A stretch of DNA of 64,000 nt, taken from positions 33,569-97,568 of the forward strand of contig JBMYNR010000003.1 in assembly GCA_049598495.1 (NCBI GenBank). The letters are read 5' to 3'. The notes beneath the pieces are model-generated. The model worked only from the letters and a program-made list of their open reading frames with translations. It was not told the origin of the DNA and did not search any database. Position numbers and translations under genes: made by a program. The stretch is from Opitutales bacterium. Its GTDB lineage: Bacteria; Verrucomicrobiota; Verrucomicrobiia; Opitutales; Coraliomargaritaceae. Position 1 is the stretch's first letter; the number at the start of each line of letters is the position of its first letter. Below are positions 41,761-52,097 of this stretch, in pieces.

Positions 41761-42960
41761 ATGTCTAAAGTCATCATCATCGGCGCGGGGGGCGTGGGAA
41801 ATGTCGTTACTCACAAGTGTGCTCAACTCTCTGAAATCTTCTCGGATATTATCCTCGCCTCCCGAACTGTCGGAAAATGCGAGGCCATTGCAGCCGATGT
41901 TCTCAATAAAACAGGAGTCACCATCCGCACCGCAGCTCTCGACGCAGACGACGTCAAAGCGACCACGGCCTTCCTAAAGAATGAAGCGCCGGAACTGGTC
42001 ATTAACGTGGCCCTGCCCTATCAGGATCTCCCGCTGATGGACGCCTGCCTTACCGCAGGGGTGCACTACCTCGATACAGCCAACTACGAGCCACCCAATG
42101 AAGCCAAGTTCGAATACAAGTGGCAGTGGGCCTATCAGGACCGCTTTAAAGACGCAGGTCTGACAGCTCTACTAGGATCGGGCTTCGATCCGGGGGTGAC
42201 CAATGTCTTCTGTGCCTACGCCCAGAAGCATCTCTTCGATGAAATTGAGACCATCGACATCCTCGACGCCAACGCAGGCGACCACGGCTATCCTTTCGCC
42301 ACGAATTTCAATCCAGAGATTAATATTCGTGAGATCACTCAACATGGCCGCTACTGGGAAAATGGTGAGTGGAAGGAGGTGGAGCCGATGAGCGTCCATC
42401 AAGTCTACGATTTTCCTGTGGTCGGACCGCAGGATGCCTACCTTCTCTATCACGAGGAGATGGAATCACTCTGCCAAAACATTCAGGGGCTTAAACGGAT
42501 TCGTTTTTGGATGACGTTCTCAGAAAAGTATCTCACTCATCTGCGCGTACTTGAGAATATCGGCATGACCTCAATCGAGCCAATTGATTTCAAGGGGCAA
42601 CAAATCCAACCGATCGAATTCCTTCGGGCTGTTCTACCAGACCCGGCAAGCCTCGGGCCTCGCACGAAGGGCAAGACTTGTATCGGCTGTGACATCGTGG
42701 GCACTCAGAATGGGAAGAGGAAGCGTATCTTTATCTATAATAGCTGTGACCATGAGCAATGTTATGCAGAGGTCTCCAGCCAAGCCATCAGCTACACCAC
42801 TGGAGTGCCCGCCATGATTGGCGCACAGATGATTCTCAAGGGCCTATGGAAAGAGCCTGGAGTCTGGAATATGGAGCAATACGACCCAGATCCATTTATG
42901 GACGAGCTCAATCTGCGCGGACTCCCCTGGCAGGTCATCGATCTGCCGCTGGAAGACTAG
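41761..42960 (+). CDS. Saccharopine dehydrogenase family protein, probably carboxy(nor)spermidine dehydrogenase
   Basis: GAGGVG, NVALPYQD, YLDTANYEP, GFDPGVTN, FATNFNPEIN.RE, YHEE.ES, QAISYTTGVPA. Confidence 0.85.
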   Translation: MSKVIIIGAGGVGNVVTHKCAQLSEIFSDIILASRTVGKCEAIAADVLNKTGVTIRTAALDADDVKATTAFLKNEAPELVINVALPYQDLPLMDACLTAGVHYLDTANYEPPNEAKFEYKWQWAYQDRFKDAGLTALLGSGFDPGVTNVFCAYAQKHLFDEIETIDILDANAGDHGYPFATNFNPEINIREITQHGRYWENGEWKEVEPMSVHQVYDFPVVGPQDAYLLYHEEMESLCQNIQGLKRIRFWMTFSEKYLTHLRVLENIGMTSIEPIDFKGQQIQPIEFLRAVLPDPASLGPRTKGKTCIGCDIVGTQNGKRKRIFIYNSCDHEQCYAEVSSQAISYTTGVPAMIGAQMILKGLWKEPGVWNMEQYDPDPFMDELNLRGLPWQVIDLPLED

Positions 42961-43118
42961 AGAATCTGTATTATGTTTGGCGCAGGTTAAGGATGTGCCG
43001 CCTCACCATGTCCTGGCGTAGCTCGCAGAGTGAAGACGGGTCTGTTGAGGCGCTCATACCTCGTAGGTATTGACACGGCAACGGAGTGTCGTGGCTACAT
43101 TTGATTTAAGTCTAATCG

Positions 43119-43154
43119 AGAGCCGATTGCATTTAGTTAGAACTTCTAGTGAGA
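43119..43154 (+). repeat. MITE/IS-like terminal sequence, copy A
   Basis: AGAGCCGATTGCATTTAGTTAGAACTTCTAGTGAGA; 34/36 identical to 59507-59542. Confidence 0.8.
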
Positions 43155-43441
43155 GCCGTTTCGAGAGCCGCACAAGGCGTCCACCGAGGTGCCTAACTGG
43201 CTGGACAACGCCGCGACCTCTCGAAAAAGGCCTCATCCCTGCCTGTTCGGCGAGCTCAGGGCCTTGAATCGTTCGAAAGAAGAAAAACTCCTCTAGCCAT
43301 TCGTCACACCAATCCATTATCAAGCGCTCTTGACCAGAACCCGGGGATATAGGGCAAACACCTTAAAATTACGGGCCGTATTTTTATACCGCTGATAACC
43401 GCTCATAGTCCGCTTATCCAATCCGACGAAAACTTTAAAAC

Positions 43442-43517
43442 ATCGAGTAGCCGGAGGCGGTTACCCGCCCCAAGCTCTCACACCGCCGGACCTACGGTTC
43501 ACGTATCACGGCGGTTC
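43442..43517 (-). mobile_element. Group II intron (class C / IIC) 3' remnant: domains V and VI
   Basis: Minus strand GAACCGCCGTGATACGTGAACCGTAGGTCCGGCGGTGT (DV with CGC triad), then GAGAGCTTGGGGCGG-GTAA-CCGCCTCCGGCT-A-CTCGAT (DVI with bulged A and AY end). Confidence 0.85.
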
Positions 43518-43724
43518 CAAAGATAGATTTCCGCTCTCATCAGTTCGAGTAGATCATAGACGGACTGGAGGTCCATTTACGCGAAGGCTTTTCGCGGGAT
43601 GACTTGATTCATGTGCAAGACTCCGCCTCACTGCTCCGCAGCGGCCTGCGGCCGGGCCATCTCCAGTCACTGCGTTCCTTCCGTCAAACTCTCTGGTCGA
43701 GTTCTCACCTCTTCCCTGATACAT

Positions 43725-43757
43725 AAGAAAGGCCCCCGGTGGAAACCGGAGGCCTTC
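43725..43757 (-). terminator. Intrinsic terminator of tRNA-Gly
   Basis: Minus strand AAGGCCTCCGGT-TTCC-ACCGGGGGCCTTTCTT. Confidence 0.75.
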
Positions 43758-43759
43758 TG

Positions 43760-43841
<82 letters not shown>

Positions 43842-44048
43842 GTTGAAGAAGCCGAAAGAATCTGAAGGCTTTTCCCCGTGTCAACGTGATTTTTGAAAAA
43901 TTTCCTTAGTGTGCAGACCGGAAATACATCCACTCGCAGGCAGACTCAAGATCGCTCAAAGAGCGCTCACCCCCATATTGTATGATCCGCCAAGCTGAAT
44001 GACGGCATCCGGAAGCATTGTTTTATAAGGGCACAAAAGTGTGATTGA

Positions 44049-44933
44049 CTACTCGAAATCTAAGTTGAAAAGCAACTGCCGCCGAACGGTATCCGGAAGT
44101 GCAAAGAGGTCATTCTTAATAAGACTTTCTGCGACTTCCTCCTCCAGAAGAAAACGAATCACACCTCTGAGCTTCTCATCATCACGCGCGTTGTATGCGA
44201 TAAAGAAGGACAGGCGAATCGGATAATCGCCGTAGTGAAGGTTATCGGCTGTTGGACCGAAAGCGATTGCTTCATCATCACCTGAGGCCGAGACAGAAAG
44301 AACCTTTACATTATCCGACCTAGGCATCCTCGAAAGGATTGCAACTGAAGCCGCATCAGACCGGACCAATTCTTCCACTTCGTCATCCTTCACCGCAAGA
44401 ACAGATGGCCTCATGGCGTCTGCGCTAAAGACGCTGAATTTGAACAACTCAAGCGCGATACTGTTCTCGCTGATGCCTGTCAGCGGCTTGATGCTACGAC
44501 TCCCCCATCCACGGAGGCCCAAGTCACCCCAGGTATTGAAGCGATGCTCTTCATTCGTCCCAAAAATACCGCCAAGATAGGCCAGGCTGATTTCATCGAT
44601 CGGGTTACTTTCGTTGACCACGATAATAGCGGCATCGTAGGCGAAAGGATAAATACTGAACTCTTCGCGAGGAACCTCTGTCCCTTCAGGCACGGCGATG
44701 ATCGCCAGATCAATCTCGTTGGCGCGCAAACGCTCGAGAGCGGGTAAGCTGCCGATGCTATCAATATTAAAGGCAAACTCATTTTCCGCAGCATAAGCCA
44801 GCAGAGGTGCTTCAATATAATCGCCGAGCAGGTCCGAAGTCGCGACACGTATCTCCCTCGCTTGAGACAACGACAATAGGAGGAATGCGAATAGGAAAAG
44901 GGGATGACCAAATTTCATGCTGAATTCTGTCAT
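44049..44933 (-). CDS. PstS-like periplasmic substrate-binding domain protein
   Basis: Signal peptide; GS..AL..L....IDLA, IVVN.SNPI.EIS...L..IF, TW.DLG, GDYPI. Confidence 0.72.
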   Translation of the reverse strand: MTEFSMKFGHPLFLFAFLLLSLSQAREIRVATSDLLGDYIEAPLLAYAAENEFAFNIDSIGSLPALERLRANEIDLAIIAVPEGTEVPREEFSIYPFAYDAAIIVVNESNPIDEISLAYLGGIFGTNEEHRFNTWGDLGLRGWGSRSIKPLTGISENSIALELFKFSVFSADAMRPSVLAVKDDEVEELVRSDAASVAILSRMPRSDNVKVLSVSASGDDEAIAFGPTADNLHYGDYPIRLSFFIAYNARDDEKLRGVIRFLLEEEVAESLIKNDLFALPDTVRRQLLFNLDFE

Positions 44934-45014
44934 AAGGGTCGTATTCTAGAATAATAGTGTATGATTGGGCACGATAACGATAGAGTCAACCCAACTGTAA
45001 GTGCCTGTCGATAG

Positions 45015-46382
45015 CTACTTCTGGACGTCGAGTTCCGGCCACTGAATGAGTTTCCGATGCAGCGTCCGACGACTGATCCCCATTAACTCGGCGGCCTTTG
45101 TCCGATTCCCATTCGATTTAATAAGTGCGTTTCTCAAGAGTCGTTTGTCGTTCTCCTCCTTACTCAGTGTCGGACTATTTGTCATGGGTTGCGGCAGACC
45201 TGCTTCCGACTCCTTGTTTTGGTATTTTGCATCGAGATCATACTCCGTTAGTTCATTGCCCCGCTTGAGTACGACTGTATTTTCGCAGAAATTTCGTAAC
45301 TCTCGAATATTACCCGGCCAGCTATAATTACGCAATACATCGACTGCCCCAGCGGATAGCTCAATTGGCGGCAGATCGTTTTCGTCAGCAAAGTGATTGA
45401 TGTAGTAATTCAGAAGAACAGGTAAATCCTCCTTCCGCTCGCGCAGAGGCGGCAGCTTAATCGTGATGACATTCAAGCGGTAGAGTAAGTCTTCACGGAA
45501 TTCACCGCGCTTCGCCATTTCGGCCAAGTTTCGGTTGGTTGCGCAGACCAAGCGAACATCCACCTGGATGGACTTTGAACTGCCCAAACGTTCAAAGGTC
45601 CGAGTTTCGAGGAAGCGCAGTAATTTAACCTGCGTGGATGCGTCGATTTCGCCGATTTCGTCGAGGAAGAGCGTGCCCCCATCAGCCGCCTCAAAACGGC
45701 CGACCCGCCGCTCGGTCGCCCCCGTGTAGGCGCCCTTTTCGTGACCGAAGAGTTCACTTTCCAGAAGATTAGCCGCCAGCGCCGCACAGTGTATGGGAAC
45801 AAATGCTTGGCGGGCGCGATTGCTGTTCTGGTGAATGGCCTGAGCTATCAACTCCTTACCAGTCCCGGTTTCCCCCTCCAAAAGCACAGTCGCCTTCGAT
45901 GGCGCGACCAATTTGACCTTGTCCAAAACATCCGTCAAACCAGGTGAGTTACCAACAATACCGTCAAAGCTGTATTTCTTGTCAAGACGCTCGTGAAGTA
46001 CCTCATTTTCCTCCTCGATCTGACGACTCTGAAGTGCCCGCTTAATTAGAATTTCGAGCTTTTCGAGGCTGACAGGTTTGGTCAAAAAATCAAAGGCCCC
46101 CCGACGCATGGCCTCCACGGCGGTCTCCACACTTCCGTAGGCCGTCATCATAATGCAAATCGGACGGTTGGGCAACTTGATCGCGCGGTCGATGACCTTG
46201 AGGCCCGATTTTCCCGCCATCCGTAAATCAGTTAGAACAACATCAAAGGTTTCGGCATCCATCAGGTTGAAGGCCTCCTCCGCTCCGGAAGCCATGTAGA
46301 CATCGTAGTCATCTTCGAGGGCAAGGCCCAGGCCCTCCCGTGTGTTCTTCTCGTCATCGACAATTAATATAGTTGCTGGCAT
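45015..46382 (-). CDS. Sigma54-dependent NtrC-family response regulator (REC-AAA-Fis HTH)
   Basis: IVDDE, DLRM, GETGTGKE, ESELFGHEKGAYTGA, FLDEIG, WPGNIREL, C-terminal HTH. Confidence 0.95.
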   Translation of the reverse strand: MPATILIVDDEKNTREGLGLALEDDYDVYMASGAEEAFNLMDAETFDVVLTDLRMAGKSGLKVIDRAIKLPNRPICIMMTAYGSVETAVEAMRRGAFDFLTKPVSLEKLEILIKRALQSRQIEEENEVLHERLDKKYSFDGIVGNSPGLTDVLDKVKLVAPSKATVLLEGETGTGKELIAQAIHQNSNRARQAFVPIHCAALAANLLESELFGHEKGAYTGATERRVGRFEAADGGTLFLDEIGEIDASTQVKLLRFLETRTFERLGSSKSIQVDVRLVCATNRNLAEMAKRGEFREDLLYRLNVITIKLPPLRERKEDLPVLLNYYINHFADENDLPPIELSAGAVDVLRNYSWPGNIRELRNFCENTVVLKRGNELTEYDLDAKYQNKESEAGLPQPMTNSPTLSKEENDKRLLRNALIKSNGNRTKAAELMGISRRTLHRKLIQWPELDVQK

Positions 46383-46500
46383 GTGAGACAATTAGGCACA
46401 TTTTCTCAAAAAATGCAATCATGCGATTTTGATGAAACCTCCCCCTTTCCGACTTGTCAGTGTTTCGTCGAAAGGACATTTCGACCTATCTAAACTTACC

Positions 46501-47496
46501 ATGAACCAAGACGTAAACGCTTCTGAAATAGACGAAAGACTAGAGTCCGCAATCGACTGGATCCCCACTTTAAGGAAAGAGATTGGTCGTGTGATTGTCG
46601 GACAACATTATCTGGTCGACCGTCTTCTTGTCGGGCTTCTCGCCAATGGCCATGTCCTGCTTGAAGGCGTCCCTGGGCTAGCCAAGACCTTGAGTATCCG
46701 AACTCTGGCGAGCGCCACAGCCGCCGACTTCAAGCGTATCCAGTTCACACCGGACCTTCTGCCTGCCGATATTATCGGCACCCTCATATACAGTCCAAAA
46801 GAAAACACCTTCCACACGCGGAAGGGCCCGATCTTTGCGAATCTGATTCTAGCCGATGAGATCAATCGAGCTCCCGCGAAAGTTCAAAGCGCGTTACTCG
46901 AAGCCATGCAGGAGCGTCAGGTTACTATCGGCGACGAGACCTATCGACTCCCCGCACCCTTTCTCGTATTAGCAACCGAAAACCCGATCGACCAAGAGGG
47001 CACCTATCCGCTCCCTGAGGCTCAGGTCGATCGCTTTATGCTCAAACTCAGGGTCGGCTACCCGAGTCGAAAGGACGAACGCAGCATCCTTGACCGCATG
47101 GCATCCACCGACCCGGACTTAAAAGTCGATCCGGTCACCAACCTTCAAGCTGTCAGCGAGGCCCGAGAGTTGGTCAACGAAGTCTATGTAGACCCCAAAA
47201 TTTGCGACTATGTTGTCAATCTCATACTGGCGACCCGCGACCCCGCTCAATACAAATTGGATCTTGGACAATATATCCAGTTCGGCGCGAGCCCGCGGGC
47301 GACGATTAGCCTAACGCTTGCCGCAAAGGCCTGGGCGCTCATGCAGGGACGCGCCTACGTCGTCCCACAAGACATCAAGGAAATCGGCATGGACGTCCTG
47401 CGCCACCGTGTGATCCCCTCATATGAAGCCGAAGCCGAGGAAATAAGCAGCGAAGATTTAGTCACCTCCATTCTCGATGCGGTTCCCGTACCCTAG
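46501..47496 (+). CDS. moxR: MoxR family AAA+ ATPase
   Basis: GHVLLEGVPGLAKT, RIQFTPDLLP.D, DEINRAPAKVQSALLEAMQE, GASPRA. Confidence 0.95.
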   Translation: MNQDVNASEIDERLESAIDWIPTLRKEIGRVIVGQHYLVDRLLVGLLANGHVLLEGVPGLAKTLSIRTLASATAADFKRIQFTPDLLPADIIGTLIYSPKENTFHTRKGPIFANLILADEINRAPAKVQSALLEAMQERQVTIGDETYRLPAPFLVLATENPIDQEGTYPLPEAQVDRFMLKLRVGYPSRKDERSILDRMASTDPDLKVDPVTNLQAVSEARELVNEVYVDPKICDYVVNLILATRDPAQYKLDLGQYIQFGASPRATISLTLAAKAWALMQGRAYVVPQDIKEIGMDVLRHRVIPSYEAEAEEISSEDLVTSILDAVPVP

Positions 47497-47574
47497 GTAT
47501 GGGGCGCCTAGGTCTACTGTTTTCGGTTCCCTTGTTTCAATTTTTCGAATATCGGCTTTTCAGCGTTTCACATC

Positions 47575-48477
47575 GTGAACACCTCCGACATCATCAAGAA
47601 AGTACGTCGACTTGAGATTCGAACACGCCGCCTTGTCACCGACTCGCTAACGGGAGCCTACTACAGCACGTTCAAGGGACGCGGCATGGATTTCGAAGAG
47701 GTTCGCGAATACGCGATCGGTGATGATGTCCGCACAATCGATTGGAACGTTTCTGCTAAAATGGACCGCCCCTTCGTTAAAGTCTTTCGCGAAGAGCGTG
47801 AGTTAACGCTCATGCTCCTGATTGATGTTAGCGCGTCAGGCGTCTTTGGTTCTATCGACCAGAGTAAACGTGAACGAGCCGCCGAGATTGCCAGCGTCAT
47901 CGCTTTCTCCGCCTCGCAGAACAACGATAAGGTTGGCCTTCTCCTCTACACAGATGAAATAGAGCACTATATCCCCCCGAAGAAGGGGCGTCGCCATATC
48001 CTTCGTGTCATCCGCGACATCCTCTTTTATGAACCCGCGGGAAAAAGTACGAAGCACAAATCCGCGCTCGACTATCTGAATCGGGTGCAACGGCGGAAAT
48101 GCGTCGTCTTCCTTATCTCAGACTTTCTCGATAATGATTCACCACACATGACACCGGACGCGGCGCTCTTCACCACGCTTTCGCTGACGCATCAGCGCCA
48201 CGATCTTATCAGCATCGCACTCAGCGATCCACGCGAATACGAACTACCGGAGGTCGGTCTGATCACTTTGGAGGATGCGGAAACGGGAGAGACCGTAGAG
48301 ATTGATACCGGTAGTCGCGCCGTCCGCGAGCGCTACGCCGCCCACGCAAAGAAACGCCGGGCCGCCTTTCAATCCGGCATGCGAAAAAAGGGCCTCGACT
48401 GGATTGAGGCGCCTACGAACGAGGCCTACTTACCCGCGCTCCGCCAACTCTTCGCGCGCCGTGCAAGCCGCCACTAG
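47575..48477 (+). CDS. DUF58 domain protein (MoxR partner)
   Basis: G.GMDFEEVREY..GDDVR.IDWN, EERE, DVSAS, ISDF. Confidence 0.92.
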   Translation: MNTSDIIKKVRRLEIRTRRLVTDSLTGAYYSTFKGRGMDFEEVREYAIGDDVRTIDWNVSAKMDRPFVKVFREERELTLMLLIDVSASGVFGSIDQSKRERAAEIASVIAFSASQNNDKVGLLLYTDEIEHYIPPKKGRRHILRVIRDILFYEPAGKSTKHKSALDYLNRVQRRKCVVFLISDFLDNDSPHMTPDAALFTTLSLTHQRHDLISIALSDPREYELPEVGLITLEDAETGETVEIDTGSRAVRERYAAHAKKRRAAFQSGMRKKGLDWIEAPTNEAYLPALRQLFARRASRH

Positions 48478-49047
48478 ATGTCATTTCCAACTCTCAACTT
48501 CCAACTCTCAACTCTGACAAATCAACTGCCTGATTTGCCGGATGGCCCCTTGCTTGCGCGCGTGCGCGGACCGGTAGAGATACCGAGCTACGAAACATAC
48601 CAGATCATCATGGCAGTTGCCTGCCTCCTCGGGTTTGTGGGGCTGCTCACTTGGCTGTTTTACAGGAATCGCGAGCGCTTGACTCCGCTAACGCCGCCCT
48701 ACGAGGCTGCCATTGAGGAACTGAAGACTGCCTCAGAGCTGACCGGAGGAGACGACGAGCGTTTCGCCATCCTTTGCTCACAAGCTCTTCGCCGCTACCT
48801 CGAAAACGGGCACGGCCTGAAGTTTAGCGCACGCACAAGTGAGGAATTTCTTCTTAACCTAAAGGACAACAATACACTGGAAACAAACTACCAAAATGAA
48901 CTCACAGATGTTTTGGGTACATTTGACCGTATAAAATTCGCGCGTGCCAACATCCATTCGGTTCAGCGTAATGAAATTTTAAATACGGTTCGCAGCTTAA
49001 TCGATCGCGCTCACGAGAAAAATAGAGAGAAAGGAGGGAGACGGTGA
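48478..49047 (+). CDS. Bat-operon single-TM protein (DUF4381-like)
   Basis: One TM helix, PYE.A..EL, LRRYLE, TSEEFL, D.IKFA; lies between DUF58 and batA. Confidence 0.75.
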   Translation: MSFPTLNFQLSTLTNQLPDLPDGPLLARVRGPVEIPSYETYQIIMAVACLLGFVGLLTWLFYRNRERLTPLTPPYEAAIEELKTASELTGGDDERFAILCSQALRRYLENGHGLKFSARTSEEFLLNLKDNNTLETNYQNELTDVLGTFDRIKFARANIHSVQRNEILNTVRSLIDRAHEKNREKGGRR

Positions 49048-50099
49048 CTTTCTTCCATTTCGAAGATCCTGTATTTTTCCTCCTCTTCCTACTACTACCA
49101 GTGCTTGCCTGGTGGGCGGGACGCATGGGGCCCGAGGCTGCGATTCGTTTCTCCAGCACGGGACTGGTCAAGGCAATCAGCCGTAATCGACGCAGTCGCC
49201 CGGGCAAGTTTCTCTTCTCGCTTCGACTACTGGCCCTTGCCGTACTCGTTACCGCTCTGGCGCGACCCCAGATCGGTAAGACAATCGACAGCACCGAAGC
49301 CGAAGGTATCGATATCGTGATCACCCTCGATCTTTCAGGTTCCATGCGGGCGCTTGATCTCTCGACACGAGACGATATCGTTACCCGCCTCGATGCCGCC
49401 AAGCGGGTGATCGAAGACTTCGTAGGCAAACGTGCATATGACCGTATCGGACTCGTTGCCTTCGCTGCCAACGCCTATGTCGTCAGTCCTCTCACGCTGA
49501 ATCACGACTGGTTAAAGCGAAATCTTAGTCGCCTTGAACTCGGCGAGGTGGATGGAAGCGGCACCGCGATCGGAACGGCCTTAGGCGCGAGCGTCAACCG
49601 GTTGCGCGACCACCAAGCCCGCAGCCGTATTGTCATTCTGCTTACCGACGGGGAAAACAACACAGGAGCGCTCTCTCCTATCGCTGCTGCTGAAGCTGCC
49701 AAGACGCTTGGCGTGAAAGTCTACACCATTGCCACGGGGAAAGAGGGTGAGTCCTATATTGCCGAAATGGATCCTTCGGGGCGCATTCGTCGGGATAAGA
49801 ATGGGCAACCCATACCACAACGCCGTGGCTTCGGAGGCTATGCCACTCAGGTTACGAATTATGACGAAACCGAACTCCAGGAAATCGCAAAAATGACTGG
49901 TGGACGTTTCTTCTCCGCGACCCGCGACGGCGATCTTGAGCGGATTTACGATGAAATCAATGAGCTCGAAACTAGCACAGTCGAGCTGCGCGCCTACGCA
50001 ACCTTCACCGAGCTCTTTACCTGGCCCGCGATTCTCGGACTCGTCCTTATCGGGGTCGAGCAATTGCTCAGCAATACCCGCTATCGACGACTTCCATGA
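49044..50099 (+). CDS. batA: BatA-like VWA domain membrane protein
   Basis: [35 protein letters not shown]-terminal TM and Y.RLP. Confidence 0.88.
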   Translation: MTFFHFEDPVFFLLFLLLPVLAWWAGRMGPEAAIRFSSTGLVKAISRNRRSRPGKFLFSLRLLALAVLVTALARPQIGKTIDSTEAEGIDIVITLDLSGSMRALDLSTRDDIVTRLDAAKRVIEDFVGKRAYDRIGLVAFAANAYVVSPLTLNHDWLKRNLSRLELGEVDGSGTAIGTALGASVNRLRDHQARSRIVILLTDGENNTGALSPIAAAEAAKTLGVKVYTIATGKEGESYIAEMDPSGRIRRDKNGQPIPQRRGFGGYATQVTNYDETELQEIAKMTGGRFFSATRDGDLERIYDEINELETSTVELRAYATFTELFTWPAILGLVLIGVEQLLSNTRYRRLP

Positions 50100-52096
50100 C
50101 CTTTGCAGATCCAGTCTGGCTCTACTTGATACCTGCCCTGCTCATCCCCCTCGGCCTCCTGCTCGCCTATGGGCTGAAGAAACGTAATTTCCTACTCACT
50201 CGCTTCGCAGCGGAGCGCCTCCTCGATCGCTTGACTGAAGAGGCAGGGCGATCGAGGACTGTTATCAAATCAGCTTGTATTCTTCTCGCCGCAGGCGCCA
50301 TCGCCTTCGCGCTTGCCCGACCCCAACTTGGCGTTGAGTGGTCCGAACGTAAAGCCCGCGGCCTCGATATTGTTTTCATTATCGACAGCTCCAAGAGCAT
50401 GCTGGCGACGGATCTTCGGCCTACCCGTCTCGATCGCGCCAAATTGGCGGTGATTGATCTGGTCGAGCGCTTGGAAAGTGACCGCATCGGACTGGTCGCC
50501 TTCGCCGGTCAGGCCTTTCTTCAAACGCCCCCCACGCTCGATTACTCCGCCTTTCGGGAGAGTCTCGATTCTGTCGGACCCAACATTATGACAAGCGGCG
50601 GCAGCCACTTGGGCTTTGCCCTGGAAGAAGCGGCCAAGGCCTTCCCCACTGAGAATAATGTAAAAGTAGCGGTCTTACTAACGGATGGCGAGGATCTTGG
50701 GGGTCGCGCCCTTGCCGCTGCAGAATCGGCTCAAAAGGACGGCATCCAGATCTTCTGTATCGGAATTGGCACACCTGAGGGGGAGTATCTCAAGATTGAG
50801 AATGAACAGGGCGTCGAGGTATTTCTGCGAGATGCAGACGACCAACCAGTCCTGAGCAAGCTCGACGAGACCACCTTGCGGGAGATCGCCCGAATCACGG
50901 ACGGAGGTTATAGCCGCTTGAGCGGTGACTCGCTCAACCAACTCTACCGGTCCGTTATTGCCACCCTGCCCCGGGAAGAACGCAGGTCGGAATTACAGGA
51001 GATCCGCACCGAACGATTTCAATGGGCGATTTCTACGGCCCTTATTTTTCTCATATTGGACATTCTCATACGCCGACGTCGGCAATCGAGCGCCGTAGTT
51101 ACCGTCGTCCTCATCACGGGTCTCCTCTCATCGCCGAGTCCGACACATGCCGAAACGGGGTCCTTGAGAGATCATGCCAGATTATCCTTTAACGCCGCCC
51201 ACGACGCACTCGCAGAGGCAAACTTTGGGCAAGCTGCGGAGCTCTTCGAAGCCAGCATCGCAAACACTGACGACACACATCTACAGAGCGATGCCCTCTA
51301 TAATCTTGGACATATGTACTACCAAATAGGCACGCAGACCTACCAGAGCGGTGATTTGCAAGGCGCCCTGGAACAGATCAAGCAGTCCGAAGCCTACTTC
51401 GAATCGACCCGGGAAATGAAGGCGCCGATCGACGGACTTGAGGATGACCTAGATCGGATTCAGCGTGTCAGGGAAGCGATGGAGGAACGACTCGAACAAG
51501 AGCAGCAACAAGATGAGCCGAACGAAGAATCAGAGAACTCTGAGGACGAACAACAGGAAAACGACGATTCTCAGGGAGATCAGCAATCCGAAAGCGAATC
51601 AAACGAGCAGGACCAAGACTCCGGCGAAAGCGGCCAAGAACAGAACAACCAGTCAAACGCATCCAACGAGAATTCAAACTCCGAGAAACAGGACAGCAAC
51701 TCCTCGGAACAAGACTCAAGAAATGACCGATCCGCAGAGGACTCGGATAACCAGTCGGACCAAGACGAAGCCGAGGATCGTTCGTCGGAAGAAAACGGGG
51801 AACCTCCCGAGCCTAGTGAAGATGAAGGCAAAGAGCCCGAACAGCCTGTATCCGAAGCGGAGGAACCCGGCGAAGAAGCATCCGAGCTGGCTGCAGGCCG
51901 ACCGGAATCCGGCGAGGCCATTAACGGGGAAGAAAGCGAGGGCCAATCCACAGCTACCACTGCGGCCCAGTCCGTCGAAGGCATGACCGAGGAAGATGCT
52001 GCCGCATTGCTTGACTCTCTACGCGAGAACGAAACTCTCCTCCCATTCATAGACCAACCCCGAGGCGGACGCCCAAATGAAATCCGCGACTGGTAA
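50096..52096 (+). CDS. batB: BatB-like VWA protein fused to BatC-like TPR and an acidic low-complexity tail
   Basis: DSSKSM, P.RL.RAK, LTDGED, TM, TPR (ALYNLG), long E/Q/D/S/N tract, A..LLD and terminal RDW. Confidence 0.82.
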   Translation: MTFADPVWLYLIPALLIPLGLLLAYGLKKRNFLLTRFAAERLLDRLTEEAGRSRTVIKSACILLAAGAIAFALARPQLGVEWSERKARGLDIVFIIDSSKSMLATDLRPTRLDRAKLAVIDLVERLESDRIGLVAFAGQAFLQTPPTLDYSAFRESLDSVGPNIMTSGGSHLGFALEEAAKAFPTENNVKVAVLLTDGEDLGGRALAAAESAQKDGIQIFCIGIGTPEGEYLKIENEQGVEVFLRDADDQPVLSKLDETTLREIARITDGGYSRLSGDSLNQLYRSVIATLPREERRSELQEIRTERFQWAISTALIFLILDILIRRRRQSSAVVTVVLITGLLSSPSPTHAETGSLRDHARLSFNAAHDALAEANFGQAAELFEASIANTDDTHLQSDALYNLGHMYYQIGTQTYQSGDLQGALEQIKQSEAYFESTREMKAPIDGLEDDLDRIQRVREAMEERLEQEQQQDEPNEESENSEDEQQENDDSQGDQQSESESNEQDQDSGESGQEQNNQSNASNENSNSEKQDSNSSEQDSRNDRSAEDSDNQSDQDEAEDRSSEENGEPPEPSEDEGKEPEQPVSEAEEPGEEASELAAGRPESGEAINGEESEGQSTATTAAQSVEGMTEEDAAALLDSLRENETLLPFIDQPRGGRPNEIRDW

Positions 52097-52097
52097 A

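Noticed and set aside
43119..43154. 36-nt repeat as a possible CRISPR repeat
   Set aside because: The copies are 16 kb apart rather than arrayed with spacers, and no cas genes are present.
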